Assembly (NCBI RefSeq): GCF_035594765.1
Contig: NW_026943823.1
Location: 8,308,001 to 8,372,000, forward strand
From: Anolis carolinensis
Taxonomy: Eukaryota
Reading direction: 5' to 3'
DNA: 64,000 nucleotides
Shown here: positions 63,619 through 64,000 of the stretch, piece by piece
Layout: each line of letters begins with the position of its first letter
Numbering within the stretch: the stretch's first letter is position 1
The notes under the pieces: generated by a model
Databases searched by the model: none
The model's input: the letters and a program-made list of their open reading frames with translations, nothing else
What the model was told of the DNA's origin: nothing
Made by a program: the position numbers and the translations under genes

Positions 63619-64000
63619 CCTGTCTATTGGACAAGCTGGCAAGGGCTTCTAGAAGTAGGAGTCTGAAACATCTGGAGGGCCACAAGTTTGATGCCTCTGA
63701 TTTAGTTAATCAGTGTTGCCTATTTAACATCTGCTGTGATCGTAGTAATTTCTCGATCATTCAGAAAAGGATGGTGTCACGTATTCAGCGTAATGGGAGT
63801 CTGACATCTTCCTCTATGGAGCAGAAGCTCCCACTGCCTCCAGCTTCTTGGATTTGGAGAGGTTGCCATTATCTGGAGCTGCACTTGCCCCGACATCCAA
63901 CTGTCCTACTATTCGCGCCCAAACATGAATCAAAGAACATGAAAGGCACTGCAGACTAACTCAACCAGAGAAGTCAGCCATTTCAGAGCACGTGATGAAC

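Noticed and set aside
50300-64000. Coagulation factor VIII exon 1 expected from human synteny
   Set aside because: No signal peptide followed by an ATRRYYL-like frame was found by eye.

Overview
Vertebrate genomic DNA from a squamate; the Sauria SINE and the L2/CR1/Dong/Penelope/Helitron/hAT repeat mix suggest an Anolis lizard (inference). Five protein-coding genes were rebuilt exon by exon with consistent splice phases: FAAH2 (minus, exons 1-7, 3' end runs off the left edge), BRCC3 (minus, complete, 261 aa, one U12-type AT-AC intron), MTCP1 p13 (plus, 111 aa), CMC4 (plus, 75 aa) and FUNDC2 (minus, 148 aa). MTCP1 and CMC4 probably share a first exon head-to-head with BRCC3. Much of the remainder is transposon-derived, often nested, with four minisatellites and one 128-N gap. 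The most unusual items are: (1) a solo LTR whose 3' end carries a polarised array of tRNA-Leu primer-binding-site repeats separated by unique spacers ending in LTR-like termini; (2) a ~970-bp non-coding insert with a hammerhead ribozyme motif, flanked by a ~112-bp direct repeat; (3) a 5'-inverted, twin-priming-type L1 with an 18-bp TSD. Most of the supplied ORF track is spurious. Coordinates were read by eye; repeat boundaries without a TSD are approximate.
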